Below, piece by piece: positions 1 through 9,468 of a DNA stretch of 45,900 nucleotides. The position numbers and the translations under genes were made by a program. The notes beneath the pieces were generated by a model. The model saw nothing but the letters and a program-made list of their open reading frames with translations. It was not told where the DNA came from and ran no database searches. Origin of the DNA: a virus; UHGV virus genome UHGV-1347344. One strand, 5' to 3'. Every line of letters begins with the position of its first letter. Positions within the stretch are counted from its first letter, which is position 1.

Positions 1-962
1 AGATAGAGCTCACCGCTATCGGGGGAATAGCGCATCATAAGGCCTGGGCTGCTTTTTGTTCCCGAAAATGTTATGAGCCTCACTCCGTCAGCATATAACC
101 GTCCAATCTCGACATCGCTCGTTATGATTATGTTGTGTGACGACAACGTGTACCGCGTTCCGTCTTCTTCGACATAAACGCCAAGCGAAGAAAGCAACCC
201 GCCGCTGTTTCGAGCATACATCTGAGTGGCTTTAATATTATTAACATTATGCACAAAATCATGGGCACCCATGATCGTTCCATTCTTGTCGAGCATGAAA
301 AGCCCTAACTCTTGTTTCGTAGCTGGCGCGGCATTGATGAGATCAAGCCTATTCTTGATCGAAAGATTGCCGGTCACCGTCCCGCCGGACAGGGGCAATT
401 TGGACTGTGCGGCATCGTATGCAGTCTTGACAGCAGTTGCCGATGCAGCCGTCGTCGAATCTGTCGAGCTCACGCTGTCGGTCAGCTTCGCCGCGAGAGT
501 CACGTCAGCAGAGAGCGGCCCGCCGCCAGTGAGCCCAGTTCCGGCGATGACCCGCCGCGAATCTGGAACAAAGTCGCCGGAGACAAAAGATGCAAGCGAA
601 ACCCAGTACGTGCGGTTTGCTTGCTGTGCAGGGTCTTTTGCTCCAGTTCCCAATACATCTGGCCCGGAAGGTTGCAACGCGATGTACTCGACATCATCAC
701 TTCCTTTAACATGAGAGCCTGCGATATAGTTCAGCGTAGCTTGCCACGGGTAGACGCATCCGGATTGTTGGAAAAAGGCGTGTTGACCAAGCAAGTTGAA
801 AAGCGCGTTCATCCACGCTCTTTCAACCATGACGCCGCCCGCGTCCGGGTCGACCTGCGTGATGAACGGAAAGAGATCCCGGAAAGAAGGAATACCTTGA
901 CCTGTCGGGGTCGTCTCAGGGATCTGCACGGTATCCGCTGCATATCCCAAGACGTTGGGCAT
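1..962 (-). CDS. tail fibre protein, N-terminal ~320 codons; ORF runs off the window start
   Basis: Minus-strand frame is open from ATG at 962 to position 1. Translation MPNVLGYAADTVQIPE...LTGGGPLSADVTLAAKLTDSVSSTDSTTAASATAVKTAYDAAQSKLPLSGGTVTGNL carries the typical tail-fibre stem motif. It lies directly downstream of the baseplate J and DUF2313-like genes. It is absent from the ORF track because it has no in-window stop. Confidence 0.75.
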   Translation of the reverse strand, partial: MPNVLGYAADTVQIPETTPTGQGIPSFRDLFPFITQVDPDAGGVMVERAWMNALFNLLGQHAFFQQSGCVYPWQATLNYIAGSHVKGSDDVEYIALQPSGPDVLGTGAKDPAQQANRTYWVSLASFVSGDFVPDSRRVIAGTGLTGGGPLSADVTLAAKLTDSVSSTDSTTAASATAVKTAYDAAQSKLPLSGGTVTGNLSIKNRLDLINAAPATKQELGLFMLDKNGTIMGAHDFVHNVNNIKATQMYARNSGGLLSSLGVYVEEDGTRYTLSSHNIIITSDVEIGRLYADGVRLITFSGTKSSPGLMMRYSPDSGELY

Positions 963-966
963 GATA

Positions 967-1650
967 CTAGGAGTCGAGGGAATAGGCATCTACAGGGCCT
1001 CCATACGGCTGAAAAACGCCGTTGTTGAAATTCTGACCGCCGGATCCGGCGAAACCGAAGGTATGTTTCGGGATGACTTGATAGACGTCATAGCCGACGC
1101 CCGCAGGCTTTGGGGGAACGTCATCGCGCAGGAGAAGCGCACGCTCGTATGGCTGGAGCTTGAAGCCGATAACGTAGCGTATTTTCATCGTTCCGACATG
1201 CACGACGGCAATATGACCGCGATCCGAGAAAAGCCAATGAACGATCTTGTTCAAATCTAGGAGGCTGCCGTCGGTGATGTTCGAAGCTGCTTTCATCCAG
1301 ATCAAAAGATGGTATGCGTTATCTTGAAGTATGAACGTGTTCGATTTGCTCTCATATGCAAAAGGACCGTGCCCAAAGTTGCTGAGGTTTGAACCGGAGA
1401 AACCGAACGGCTTGATGTCCGTCGCCTCTACTTCAAGCGTACGCGGAATGGCGACGATGCGTCCCCACACATCAAGCCCCCATCCGAATGCCGTTTCTGG
1501 GTCAAAGACGGACTCATAGAACGCCGCAATATCCGCCGTGGGCTCAATGACGGCATTCATCGATTCGATGAGCGCCAGCAGCCGTTCAGAGTTGTCGTAT
1601 TGCGAAAGTATCGTTTCGCGCCAGTTATCCACGGCCCGACCTCGCCTCAA
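967..1650 (-). CDS. phage tail protein (DUF2313 / Mu gp48 / P2 gpI-like)
   Basis: 227-aa ORF immediately downstream of baseplate J in a conserved Mu-like order (J, I, fibre). Product assigned by position and family resemblance. Confidence 0.6.
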   Translation of the reverse strand: MRRGRAVDNWRETILSQYDNSERLLALIESMNAVIEPTADIAAFYESVFDPETAFGWGLDVWGRIVAIPRTLEVEATDIKPFGFSGSNLSNFGHGPFAYESKSNTFILQDNAYHLLIWMKAASNITDGSLLDLNKIVHWLFSDRGHIAVVHVGTMKIRYVIGFKLQPYERALLLRDDVPPKPAGVGYDVYQVIPKHTFGFAGSGGQNFNNGVFQPYGGPVDAYSLDS

Positions 1651-2878
1651 GAATGTTCACCGTGACGTTGTCGGAGACGAGCGTGGGGGCTTCATCTATA
1701 TTAATGGTGATGTAGTCGCCCCACGTTGGCGAACCTTCACCGACGGGCGCCGCGATTTCGATACTCACCAAGTCGGTGACGCCCGTTCCGAGCACGGCGG
1801 AATAAAAGCGGCTTGCATACGCCGTATCCCCGATATGAACGCGCTGGACCGTATTTCCGCAGGCGTCAGCGGTTTCTCCGTAGAATTCGGCAACAACGGC
1901 GGTTTTGATGAGTTCTTCGACGTTGCTCGGCATTGAGGCATTTTTGCGGATAGTCACCTGAATGCCCACCAGGAGCGATTCCGGGCGCTCAAAGAGTACC
2001 GTCTCGACCGCTCCGGTTACCGGATCGGTCACAGTGACGCTGGTGTTGCCGTTGTAATCACATCCGGCTGAACAACGGGCGTAAATGGCCTCAGCAATAT
2101 CACTATCCGTCGCGCTGCCGACGACCGCCACATAGATTGAGTGCGGCTTGAGCGTAACGCCCTGCACTTCAAGCGGCGCGCTGGTTTTGTTCTCGCGCAC
2201 ACAGACATCAAGCACGCCATCCAGATCGCCGACGTTGGCATAGACGGCGGCGGCGACGCTCCGGGCGTTCTTCGCGACGCTGGCGTAGCGCCGGGACTCG
2301 AACGCGGCCCGGCTCTCGACGTTTTGTCCGGTGATCCCATCGGCGTTTGTGATCGTATCCCACCCGGGGATGGTACGTACAATCGTAGTCACGGTTCCCT
2401 GCCGGATTTCAATCGGCCCCGGAACCTGACAGGCGAACTCCAAAACGATGCTGCCGGACTGCGGGATCGTGCCTCCTGTCTGGCAGATCAAAACATTCCC
2501 GTCCGCATCTTTCGCGAGCGCCGGGGCGTCGCTGCCGATGCCGGGAATGACTGTACCGGGAAGCCCCGTACAGACACACGGAACAACTGTGGAGCGTGCA
2601 GGCTGCCTGGTCAGGAAGTAGATTTTGGCGAGCGCGTCCTGATAGACGCCCGTCGCAGTCTCGGGGTTGAACATGTTTGCGAGAAACAGGAGCTGGCTGT
2701 TCTTGTCCTGCACGATGGCCGTTTCGGATGTGATGAGCTGTCCCTGCGGCGTGGCCGGATCCGGGTTCAGCCGATTGTCGAATGCCGCCTGCCAATTCGT
2801 TTCGACAGCGTCCCGAACGGTCGCGGTATCGGGGACGACCGGGCCGTTTTCGGTAAAATCGATGCTAGACTGCGACAT
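1625..2878 (-). CDS. baseplate J-like protein (Mu gp47 / P2 gpJ family)
   Basis: 417 aa. Position between the gp25/W-like and DUF2313-like genes. Start overlaps the upstream gene, suggesting coupling. Confidence 0.75.
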   Translation of the reverse strand: MSQSSIDFTENGPVVPDTATVRDAVETNWQAAFDNRLNPDPATPQGQLITSETAIVQDKNSQLLFLANMFNPETATGVYQDALAKIYFLTRQPARSTVVPCVCTGLPGTVIPGIGSDAPALAKDADGNVLICQTGGTIPQSGSIVLEFACQVPGPIEIRQGTVTTIVRTIPGWDTITNADGITGQNVESRAAFESRRYASVAKNARSVAAAVYANVGDLDGVLDVCVRENKTSAPLEVQGVTLKPHSIYVAVVGSATDSDIAEAIYARCSAGCDYNGNTSVTVTDPVTGAVETVLFERPESLLVGIQVTIRKNASMPSNVEELIKTAVVAEFYGETADACGNTVQRVHIGDTAYASRFYSAVLGTGVTDLVSIEIAAPVGEGSPTWGDYITINIDEAPTLVSDNVTVNILEARSGRG

Positions 2879-3299
2879 CTGCGGTTTCCCCCGTTTCCGT
2901 GGTGATGCGGATCGTCCCGCTCAAGATGCGTTTTTCAAGCCGAGAAAGCTGCGTATCAGCCTGCGCTACGCCGGGGACTTCAAGCGCACGGGCATTCGAG
3001 CGCGCCCGCACGAGCTCGGCGGGAGGGAGGGAACCAAGCTCGCGCATGAAGTACGGGATTCCGTCTTGCTGCGCGTAGTACGGTTCTCCTTGGAATGTGC
3101 GTACATACGATGCGACATCCTGCACGATGCGCATAGTCCCCCCTGCCGAAGCAAGATTGCCCCCTACGGAGAGCGTCAAATCCCACTGTCTATCAAGACA
3201 TAATGATAGGAGCCCCGAATCTACCACTTCGGCAGTTGCTTGCACTTCATCACGAATATTAGACAGCGCGCGGATATTCAGAACCGCTCGGAAATTCAT
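2865..3299 (-). CDS. baseplate wedge protein (Mu gp46 / GPW / gp25-like), start refined to internal ATG
   Basis: The 230-aa track ORF has a junk-like N-terminus. The ATG at 3299 forms an ATGA overlap with the upstream stop and gives 145 aa (MNFRAVLNIRALSNIRDE...), the expected size and position for gp46/W. Confidence 0.55.
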   Translation of the reverse strand: MNFRAVLNIRALSNIRDEVQATAEVVDSGLLSLCLDRQWDLTLSVGGNLASAGGTMRIVQDVASYVRTFQGEPYYAQQDGIPYFMRELGSLPPAELVRARSNARALEVPGVAQADTQLSRLEKRILSGTIRITTETGETADVAV

Positions 3300-4075
3300 A
3301 AAGCCCCTTCTTCCGCTTTTACAGATTCGGCAAGCCGAGCCTGCGCAGCGGCGACAAGCGTCGCTATGTCCCGCCATTCTCCATCGCCACAGAGCACGTA
3401 GGTGGCTTGCCCGGCGGCTGCGGGCGGAACAAGGCCGCTTGTCCCGGCTGCCGATGCCGTCGCGCCCTCGTATTCGGGCACGGAGATGATGCCGTTGTTT
3501 ACAGTGAGACCGTCGCCGATGCGTGAAGACGACACAATTTCTGACCAAGAAGACCAATCATTACTCGCTAAGCGATACTGCCTGAGGAACATACGTTCTC
3601 TTGCTGATGAATAGGCATATGCTATCTGATACAAATTCTTTGTGAATGCGTCTTTTTTACTGTAAAAAACTTGCAGGAAGGCGGCGCTTCCATCGATTGG
3701 GCCATTCACGCCACCTGTTGCGTTTATTAAGTAAAATCCTGCTTCGGTAACTGTATTGTAGTCTACATTACTCCCAAGTTCTCGTGCTGCCCCGATCTGC
3801 CCCCGCGCACTCGCCAGATCCCCGAGATCCCCACCAATCGCCACGTCCTTCGCGGTGATCACGCCGCCCGCGTCGGCCTGCGTGGTCTTTCCGTCGACAA
3901 GGTTTGAGGCTTGAGCTCGCTCGATCGCCTCGTTTGCAGTGATCTGTGCAGCTATTGCGGTAGACTGTGCTGCGTCTGCGGCTCCCTGCACTTGCTGAAA
4001 GAACCGTGTGGTTTGTCGCTCGAATTCGCTGCCGGACAGCGGTCCTGTAGGCGGCTGGTACTGAAAATCAGGCAT
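3296..4075 (-). CDS. tail-fibre-like / receptor-binding accessory protein inserted between baseplate V and W
   Basis: 259 aa with Gly/Ala-rich repeats and a C-terminal segment GFYLINATGGVNGPIDGSAAFLQVFYSKKDAF...WSSWSEI reminiscent of fibre knob domains. No counterpart at this position in Mu/P2. Confidence 0.5.
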   Translation of the reverse strand: MPDFQYQPPTGPLSGSEFERQTTRFFQQVQGAADAAQSTAIAAQITANEAIERAQASNLVDGKTTQADAGGVITAKDVAIGGDLGDLASARGQIGAARELGSNVDYNTVTEAGFYLINATGGVNGPIDGSAAFLQVFYSKKDAFTKNLYQIAYAYSSARERMFLRQYRLASNDWSSWSEIVSSSRIGDGLTVNNGIISVPEYEGATASAAGTSGLVPPAAAGQATYVLCGDGEWRDIATLVAAAQARLAESVKAEEGAL

Positions 4076-4086
4076 AACACCCCCCG

Positions 4087-4809
4087 TTACTGTGGTTGTC
4101 CGGATATGCCGGAACCGGGCTCGACCCCGGTATGAACATGGGTTTCCAAGACCTTACCGTTGCTCTCAACCGTCCCTCCCGCGTTCGTGAGGCCGCCGGA
4201 GAACCGGGCCGGACCGCCGTCGCCCTGCGCCGTGCCCGTCCATGTTAGAGAGCCGTTGATGCGCACGTCGGCGTTGATGGTGAGTCCATTTTCCGCCGTC
4301 AGGACGGAAGTTTCCCCGTGCATCGTCAGTTTGGCCACTCCTTCGATGGTGACGCCCTCGTCGTCGACCAGCACATAGCGTTCAGGCGCGGCGTTCAAGA
4401 AACCTCCGAGATAGAAGCCGTCGCCTTTGCTCATGGCACGGGCTGACCCAGGATTGACGGTCCCGTCCGCTCCCCGGCTCTCTTTGAGTGATTCCGTGTC
4501 GCGCATGGCGTAGACGGCGAGGCCGATGTCGCCCGGCTGTGGGTCGATGACGAGGGCGTTTTTCCCGCCTTGGACGCGCAGGTACGGGAGCTTGAAGAGC
4601 ACGCTCTGCTCCTGCGCCTTCTGGTCGCCCGTCACGAGGTTGACGAGAGGCTGCACGTCGACGAAGCCCACCGGGGAGACGCCCGAGCCGGAGACGGCGA
4701 CCACACGCACGGGTTCAGCCGTGGCGATGCGCCCGAGCATCTGGCTGATCATGAAGTCCTGCGCGTTGTACTCGCTGGAATTTGTCGAGAGGCCGCGTTG
4801 TCCCTGCAT
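4087..4809 (-). CDS. baseplate spike protein (gpV / Mu gp45-like)
   Basis: ATG at 4809 overlaps the upstream stop (TAATG). Product MQGQRGL...VRVVAVSGSGVSPVGFVDVQPLVN... has OB-fold spike-like features; Mu-like position. Confidence 0.6.
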   Translation of the reverse strand: MQGQRGLSTNSSEYNAQDFMISQMLGRIATAEPVRVVAVSGSGVSPVGFVDVQPLVNLVTGDQKAQEQSVLFKLPYLRVQGGKNALVIDPQPGDIGLAVYAMRDTESLKESRGADGTVNPGSARAMSKGDGFYLGGFLNAAPERYVLVDDEGVTIEGVAKLTMHGETSVLTAENGLTINADVRINGSLTWTGTAQGDGGPARFSGGLTNAGGTVESNGKVLETHVHTGVEPGSGISGQPQ

Positions 4810-5711
4810 TATTTCTTGTCCTTCTTCGGCTTCGCGCCGGGATAGCTTGCCTTGATCTGGCTTACCCACTGCGTTGCTCCGGGATAGCCTGCCTGCAATT
4901 TGTGGCTCAGGCTTACGATCTGCCAGAGGCCGGATGCGCGGGGGACGATGCTCTCAATACGCACCGGGCCGCCGATCTGGAGCTTCGGCTCGTAGATGCC
5001 TTTCACCGTCACGCCTTCGTTGTCGAAGCTCGGATAGCCAATCATGCCGCTTTTCGCGGACCAGACGGGCGTCGAGCCGCCGTCATCGCTGCGAAGCGTC
5101 GCAAGCGGGGAGATGACCATCTCGCCATCGTCCACGATGAGGTCAATACGGGCATCGTGGGCAAGCTGCTGCGCCTGTTCCATCGGGCCCCCGACGATGG
5201 CGACATTGCGAATGGAAACGGACACGCCCCTGTTGACGAAAGCGAGTCCCATTTGCTTCGCGAGCCCCTGCATGAGCGTGGCAACGTCCTGCGCACCCTG
5301 CGCCGTCAACGGCGGCACGGGCGTGATGCTGGCGACGTATCCCGTGATGCACTCAATATCGAAAGAGGGATCAGGGGCGGAATTGAAGTTCGGAACGGCG
5401 CTCACGATATCGCCGGAGAACGCAAGAGACATCCCGTGCTCTTCATCGCCCGCGTACACGGCAATGCGGTTTTTCGACGCCTGCAACGGCTTGAACGCCA
5501 GCGTCGTCAGAGTCTCCATGTCCGCCAATGGCATGTTGAAAATCTTGACCTTGGCCTTGTTCTTCTCTTTGCCGCCGGGCTTCTGGATGTCCACATCCAT
5601 GCCGAGCCGGATGATCTTGGTGTTCGCACCTTGCCCGGTAACCGTGTTGAAGCCGCCCTCGGCGAGCGTGATATGCGCTTCAAGCAGCTTTTGGGTGAAG
5701 CTCGTGTTCAC
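4809..5711 (-). CDS. baseplate hub protein (P2 gpD / Mu gp44-like)
   Basis: 300 aa, located between the tape-measure-proximal small genes and the spike gene. Confidence 0.5.
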   Translation of the reverse strand: MNTSFTQKLLEAHITLAEGGFNTVTGQGANTKIIRLGMDVDIQKPGGKEKNKAKVKIFNMPLADMETLTTLAFKPLQASKNRIAVYAGDEEHGMSLAFSGDIVSAVPNFNSAPDPSFDIECITGYVASITPVPPLTAQGAQDVATLMQGLAKQMGLAFVNRGVSVSIRNVAIVGGPMEQAQQLAHDARIDLIVDDGEMVISPLATLRSDDGGSTPVWSAKSGMIGYPSFDNEGVTVKGIYEPKLQIGGPVRIESIVPRASGLWQIVSLSHKLQAGYPGATQWVSQIKASYPGAKPKKDKK

Positions 5712-6010
5712 AGCGTTTCCCCTTCTTCAACATAAACGAGCTGGAATCGGTCGCCGAGGCCCGCCCAGTACGGATCTTCTTCGCCCTGCATATCGACAAA
5801 GTAGAGCTGCCCCCGGAAGGCGAGATAGTCGTACAGCTTCAAGCCGACGAGGTTACGGCAGATGAACCCAGACCAGATGACCGTCTGGTCAATGGCAAGG
5901 TCGCAGTACAGGTTCACGCCTCGGGAGATAAACCGGAGGGTGCAGTTCTGTTCCCCAAGCACAATCTGGAGGCTCTGGTTCGGCTCCTGTCGGAGCGGTA
6001 CGGTCATCAT
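5708..6010 (-). CDS. small tail/baseplate assembly protein
   Basis: 100-aa ORF translationally coupled (4-bp overlaps) on both sides within the tail operon. Confidence 0.5.
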   Translation of the reverse strand: MMTVPLRQEPNQSLQIVLGEQNCTLRFISRGVNLYCDLAIDQTVIWSGFICRNLVGLKLYDYLAFRGQLYFVDMQGEEDPYWAGLGDRFQLVYVEEGETL

Positions 6011-6564
6011 CCGAAAATCCCCTCGCCCATCTTTTTCAGTGTGCTTTTTTGCGTCGTCTGCCCCTGTTGTTTCCCGGCATCCGTGGTGCTTGCGTCGGTC
6101 GGATTCTTTGCCTGCGCCTTATTGATTGGCTTTATCGTTTCGTTGCTGTACTGCGGCTCGACCTGCCGGATCTCTTGCAGCATGAGCCCTACAAGCAGCC
6201 TGTCCACACCCTTTTCGGCCTTGCGGTCGTAGTCGTAGGAGACAAGGTTGTAGTCGAGAAATGTCTTCTCAGGGGTGACGATGCTCACGAGATCGGTACT
6301 TTCCGCCAGTTTGTCCAGCGCCTCCAGAAAAGCCGCAAGCTCGTCGCTCTTCCCAGTGCGGCCCATCACGACCGACACCGCCGTGGGAGAAGCGACCTTG
6401 TTGTAATCCGCGAAACTCCCTTTCTCGACGGGGTTGGAGCTGATTTTGTTCTCGGACTTGATCGAGCAGGAAAAGAACGTGTCGAAGTCGAGGGCCTTGG
6501 CGCCGTCTTTATCGAAAATCGACCAGTTTCCGGGCTGTCCCGGAGGAAGCGCGCCGAATGCCAT
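6007..6564 (-). CDS. tail protein downstream of tape measure (Mu gp43 DNA-circulation-N-like, by position)
   Basis: 185 aa; the stop of the tape measure gene (6566) abuts its start. Confidence 0.45.
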   Translation of the reverse strand: MAFGALPPGQPGNWSIFDKDGAKALDFDTFFSCSIKSENKISSNPVEKGSFADYNKVASPTAVSVVMGRTGKSDELAAFLEALDKLAESTDLVSIVTPEKTFLDYNLVSYDYDRKAEKGVDRLLVGLMLQEIRQVEPQYSNETIKPINKAQAKNPTDASTTDAGKQQGQTTQKSTLKKMGEGIFG

Positions 6565-6565
6565 G

Positions 6566-8374
6566 TCAGTACCCGAATGCGCTGTCTACCTGCGCGGTTT
6601 GATTACGAAGTGCCGGAACCACTCCTTGGGCCATCCCTTCCGCATCCGTAGCCTGCGTATAGACCTTGACCTCACCCACATTGGTGGTTGACGTCATCTG
6701 ACGCGAATTATTGACGTTGCTCACGCTTCCCGGACGCGCATCCCCGGCGCGCACCTGCGGCGGCAGAATAGACGGGCGGACATCACCAACCCGCATCGAA
6801 TCGGCGACCCCGCCGGGCTTAGCCTCGGCCTTCGTTTCTTCCGGGCGCGAAGACTCATCGCCGCCGAGCCAATCCTTGATCCAGTCGTGAAGCAAATTGT
6901 AGAGCTTCTGGGCTACCCAGTTCAGCATTTCGACAAGCACATCATTGATTTTGGAGATGCCTCCCCAGATCGTTTTGAGGGCTTCGATAACGCCTTTTCC
7001 GTCCCGTGTAAGAACGGAGTTGAAGAGCTTGGCGACCCCCGAAAGGGCATCCCAGACGCCCCCGAGGATACTTTTGATGCCTTCCCAAATAGCCTTGAAA
7101 CGAGCCCCGATTTCATCGCCAGTTCCGAACATCGACCAGAGCCCGGAAAGTGCAGATTCTCCGCCTTTGATGTAGGTAATGAGATCGTCGACAACCAGCG
7201 CGATCGCGCCGATGCCCGCAATCAACGGCGTAAACGGCGCAATCGCAGCCCATGCCGCCGTCGCCATCGCGCTCAACGCCGGGAGCATGAGCGTCGTAAT
7301 GACCCCGGCTAACGCCGTAAAGAAGACGATCACGAACTGCTTGTTTTCTTTCACCCACCCGAGGAGATCGCCGAGCAGTTTCGTCAAAAACGTGATCGCA
7401 GGGGAGACGGTGCTGGCGAAAAGGGCTGAGATGGCCTCCCATGCGTCATTGAGCCGCTGCTGCGCCTCCCGTTGCTTCTTCGCGTTTTCGATGTCCTGCT
7501 TGCTGTAGATGGCTTGAGCCTTCTGGACTTTCAGAAGCTCCTCAATCCCTTTGCGGCCCTTGAGGATGAGCGGGATGGTTTTTTCGTCGAAGCCGATCTG
7601 CGTGAGGATCGAGGTCGCCTTCTGGCGGTCGATTTTTGACGTGGCGTCGGAAAGCCGAAGAAGCCCTTCTTCAAAGGAAACGGCCTTCCCTTTCGCATCC
7701 GTGAAGCTCACCCCCAGGTCTTTGGTCGCGTCCTTAAGCGGCCCGGAGTCGTGCAAAATGAGATCCTGCATCCAGTCGCCCAGATCCATAAACCGAGTCG
7801 AAAGTTCCTCGGCGTCAACCCCGGCGGCGGCTGCCGTCCGTTGCCATGCCTGCCAGTCTTCAATGCTCATGCCGAGCGCGTCCGAAGTCTTCTCGATAGC
7901 CTGAGCCTGCTCGTAATACTGCGCTACGGAGCTTTTCAGGATGGAGACGCCGCCGATGACGGCGAGGGCCTGCGCTGCCACGCTCTTGAGCCGTTCAAAG
8001 CCAAACGCGCCTTTGTCCGCCGCGTCTTCCAGCGAAACGCCCAGTTTTTTCGCTGCATCATCAAGGGCCTCAAGACGTTCTTTTGCCGCTCCGGTGCGGA
8101 TAAGCCCCTCGCGCATCCGCTGATACTCTTTCGTCACCTCGCTGATTTCGCGGCCTTTTTGCACGGCTTCCTCAAAGGCGGCTTGCAACGAAGATGCGGC
8201 ATCGGCAGACTGGTCAAGCCCTTGGGCCCCCTTGACGCCTGCGTCATATGTCGCGCGCCCCGCGTCAACGGCTGCGGCCTGCACGCCGTCCAGTCCTTTT
8301 TGGGCGTTCTGCACTTGAGCTTTGAAAGCCCCTGCGGAGAGGATGAGGGAAACGACGAGTTCACCTGCGTTCAT
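6566..8374 (-). CDS. tail tape measure protein
   Basis: 602 aa with long coiled-coil segments plus an Ala/Gly-rich hydrophobic core (FFTALAGVITTLMLPALSAMATAAWAAIAPFTPLIAGIGAIALVV). Follows the G/GT chaperone pair. Confidence 0.85.
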   Translation of the reverse strand: MNAGELVVSLILSAGAFKAQVQNAQKGLDGVQAAAVDAGRATYDAGVKGAQGLDQSADAASSLQAAFEEAVQKGREISEVTKEYQRMREGLIRTGAAKERLEALDDAAKKLGVSLEDAADKGAFGFERLKSVAAQALAVIGGVSILKSSVAQYYEQAQAIEKTSDALGMSIEDWQAWQRTAAAAGVDAEELSTRFMDLGDWMQDLILHDSGPLKDATKDLGVSFTDAKGKAVSFEEGLLRLSDATSKIDRQKATSILTQIGFDEKTIPLILKGRKGIEELLKVQKAQAIYSKQDIENAKKQREAQQRLNDAWEAISALFASTVSPAITFLTKLLGDLLGWVKENKQFVIVFFTALAGVITTLMLPALSAMATAAWAAIAPFTPLIAGIGAIALVVDDLITYIKGGESALSGLWSMFGTGDEIGARFKAIWEGIKSILGGVWDALSGVAKLFNSVLTRDGKGVIEALKTIWGGISKINDVLVEMLNWVAQKLYNLLHDWIKDWLGGDESSRPEETKAEAKPGGVADSMRVGDVRPSILPPQVRAGDARPGSVSNVNNSRQMTSTTNVGEVKVYTQATDAEGMAQGVVPALRNQTAQVDSAFGY

Positions 8375-8624
8375 GGAATTTGCTCCAGAGGCGTTGGTTA
8401 TGGCCGTCCACGGCGATGATTTCTAGCATCTCGTAGGCATCGGACAGGCCGTACACTGTCTGCATCTCGTGCAGCGTTGCGAGGTTACGGCTTACCGGGA
8501 TGCCGACGCATCCGGGGAGGTTTGCGTAGTCCCGGAGCCCGAGGGGTTGAGGATCTGCGACAGGCGGGAGGTCAAGCCCTCGCCGCCCTGCAAAAAATCC
8601 AGACAAACGGCGATGGCCTCCCAA
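8361..8624 (-). CDS. tail assembly chaperone -1 frameshift extension (gpGT-like C-terminal part)
   Basis: This ORF is in the -1 frame relative to 8492..9001 on the minus strand. It is entered at TTTTTTG (plus-strand coords 8591..8597). The fusion product would read ...CLDFL then FAGRRGLDLPPVADPQ.... Confidence 0.5.
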   Translation of the reverse strand: MGGHRRLSGFFAGRRGLDLPPVADPQPLGLRDYANLPGCVGIPVSRNLATLHEMQTVYGLSDAYEMLEIIAVDGHNQRLWSKFHERR

Positions 8625-9001
8625 CGCAAACGATAGATCGTGCCCACGTCCTCGACATGGGCGTCGAGGTTTTGCGGAGTAAGCCTGATGGCATCATCGG
8701 GCTTGTGGGGGGTCGGGACGCGATAGATCTGCCCGAGAAGCTCGTCATAGAGCGGTTCGGCCTGTTCCCACCGGAGCCCTGAGAGCCCCCGGAGCCCGGC
8801 GGAAAGCAGCGCGGCGGTGTTCGATGACGCTGAAAGAGTTCGGATGTCGGAGGGCATCTCGGAACCGAAGACGGCGAGCAGCGCACGGGCGGCCCATTTT
8901 TCCAGCTTGGTGACGGGCATTTCCTTGACCTTGAAGGTCTTCCCGGCGTCGCGGCCCTTGTCGATGGCAATGATCTTTTCGTTGAGCATGACGGCCTCCA
9001 C
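8492..9001 (-). CDS. tail assembly chaperone (gpG / Mu gp41-like), 0-frame product
   Basis: 169 aa between the tail tube and tape measure genes. Overlaps a -1 frame ORF (8361..8624) at a slippery site. Confidence 0.65.
   Translation of the reverse strand: MEAVMLNEKIIAIDKGRDAGKTFKVKEMPVTKLEKWAARALLAVFGSEMPSDIRTLSASSNTAALLSAGLRGLSGLRWEQAEPLYDELLGQIYRVPTPHKPDDAIRLTPQNLDAHVEDVGTIYRLRWEAIAVCLDFLQGGEGLTSRLSQILNPSGSGTTQTSPDASASR
8591..8597 (-). promoter_or_regulatory. candidate -1 programmed ribosomal frameshift slippery heptamer T_TTT_TTG
   Basis: On the minus strand, GAT TTT TTG CAG in the gpG-like frame; a -1 shift yields TTT TTT GCA GGG and continues into the 8361..8624 ORF. Confidence 0.5.
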
Positions 9002-9004
9002 GGT

Positions 9005-9454
9005 TTAAAGCGGACTCGCGGTCCATTGGTCAAAGGTGATGACGAAGGCGCTCGCCTGCAAGGTCTGAGCGGCGTTGGGGCTGGACTGCACGGAGGTGAG
9101 GCCGCCCCGTTTTCCGGTGATCTTCCGGTTGATGCTCGGCATGGCGAACTCGGCATTGCAGAGCATCACTTCCCGGGCGGTTTCCTGATACGTCGCCCAG
9201 TCTTCCATGATTTGGCGGCTCGGACTGTCCGCCGCGAGAGTGATTGTGACTTCCTTGTTTGTCGGAACCCACCCAAAGGAGGTATGTCCGTCAACGCCCT
9301 TTTCCGCGACGACTGGGGTATTCGTGGCCACGCTGACCATCGCGTCGGTGCTGAACCCCTCGATCTGCACGGGGCTGTCGTAGAGCCCGGGGACCGTCAG
9401 GAAAAGCGTGCAATTTGCCGCTGTAATCGTCATGTTGCCGAAGTTGTCAGCCAT
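9005..9454 (-). CDS. tail tube protein
   Basis: 149 aa, immediately downstream of the sheath gene; contractile-tail order. Confidence 0.75.
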   Translation of the reverse strand: MADNFGNMTITAANCTLFLTVPGLYDSPVQIEGFSTDAMVSVATNTPVVAEKGVDGHTSFGWVPTNKEVTITLAADSPSRQIMEDWATYQETAREVMLCNAEFAMPSINRKITGKRGGLTSVQSSPNAAQTLQASAFVITFDQWTASPL

Positions 9455-9468
9455 GTTTTACCTCATCA

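Noticed and set aside
2141-3203. Plus-strand ORFs of 254 and 178 aa
   Set aside because: Antisense to the baseplate J and W-like genes.
4782-5865. Plus-strand ORFs of 317 and 273 aa
   Set aside because: Antisense to the baseplate hub and spike genes.
6887-8419. Several plus-strand ORFs (141, 109, 117, 222 aa) inside the tape measure region
   Set aside because: All are antisense to a confidently coding tape measure gene. Biased Arg/Ser/Pro composition.
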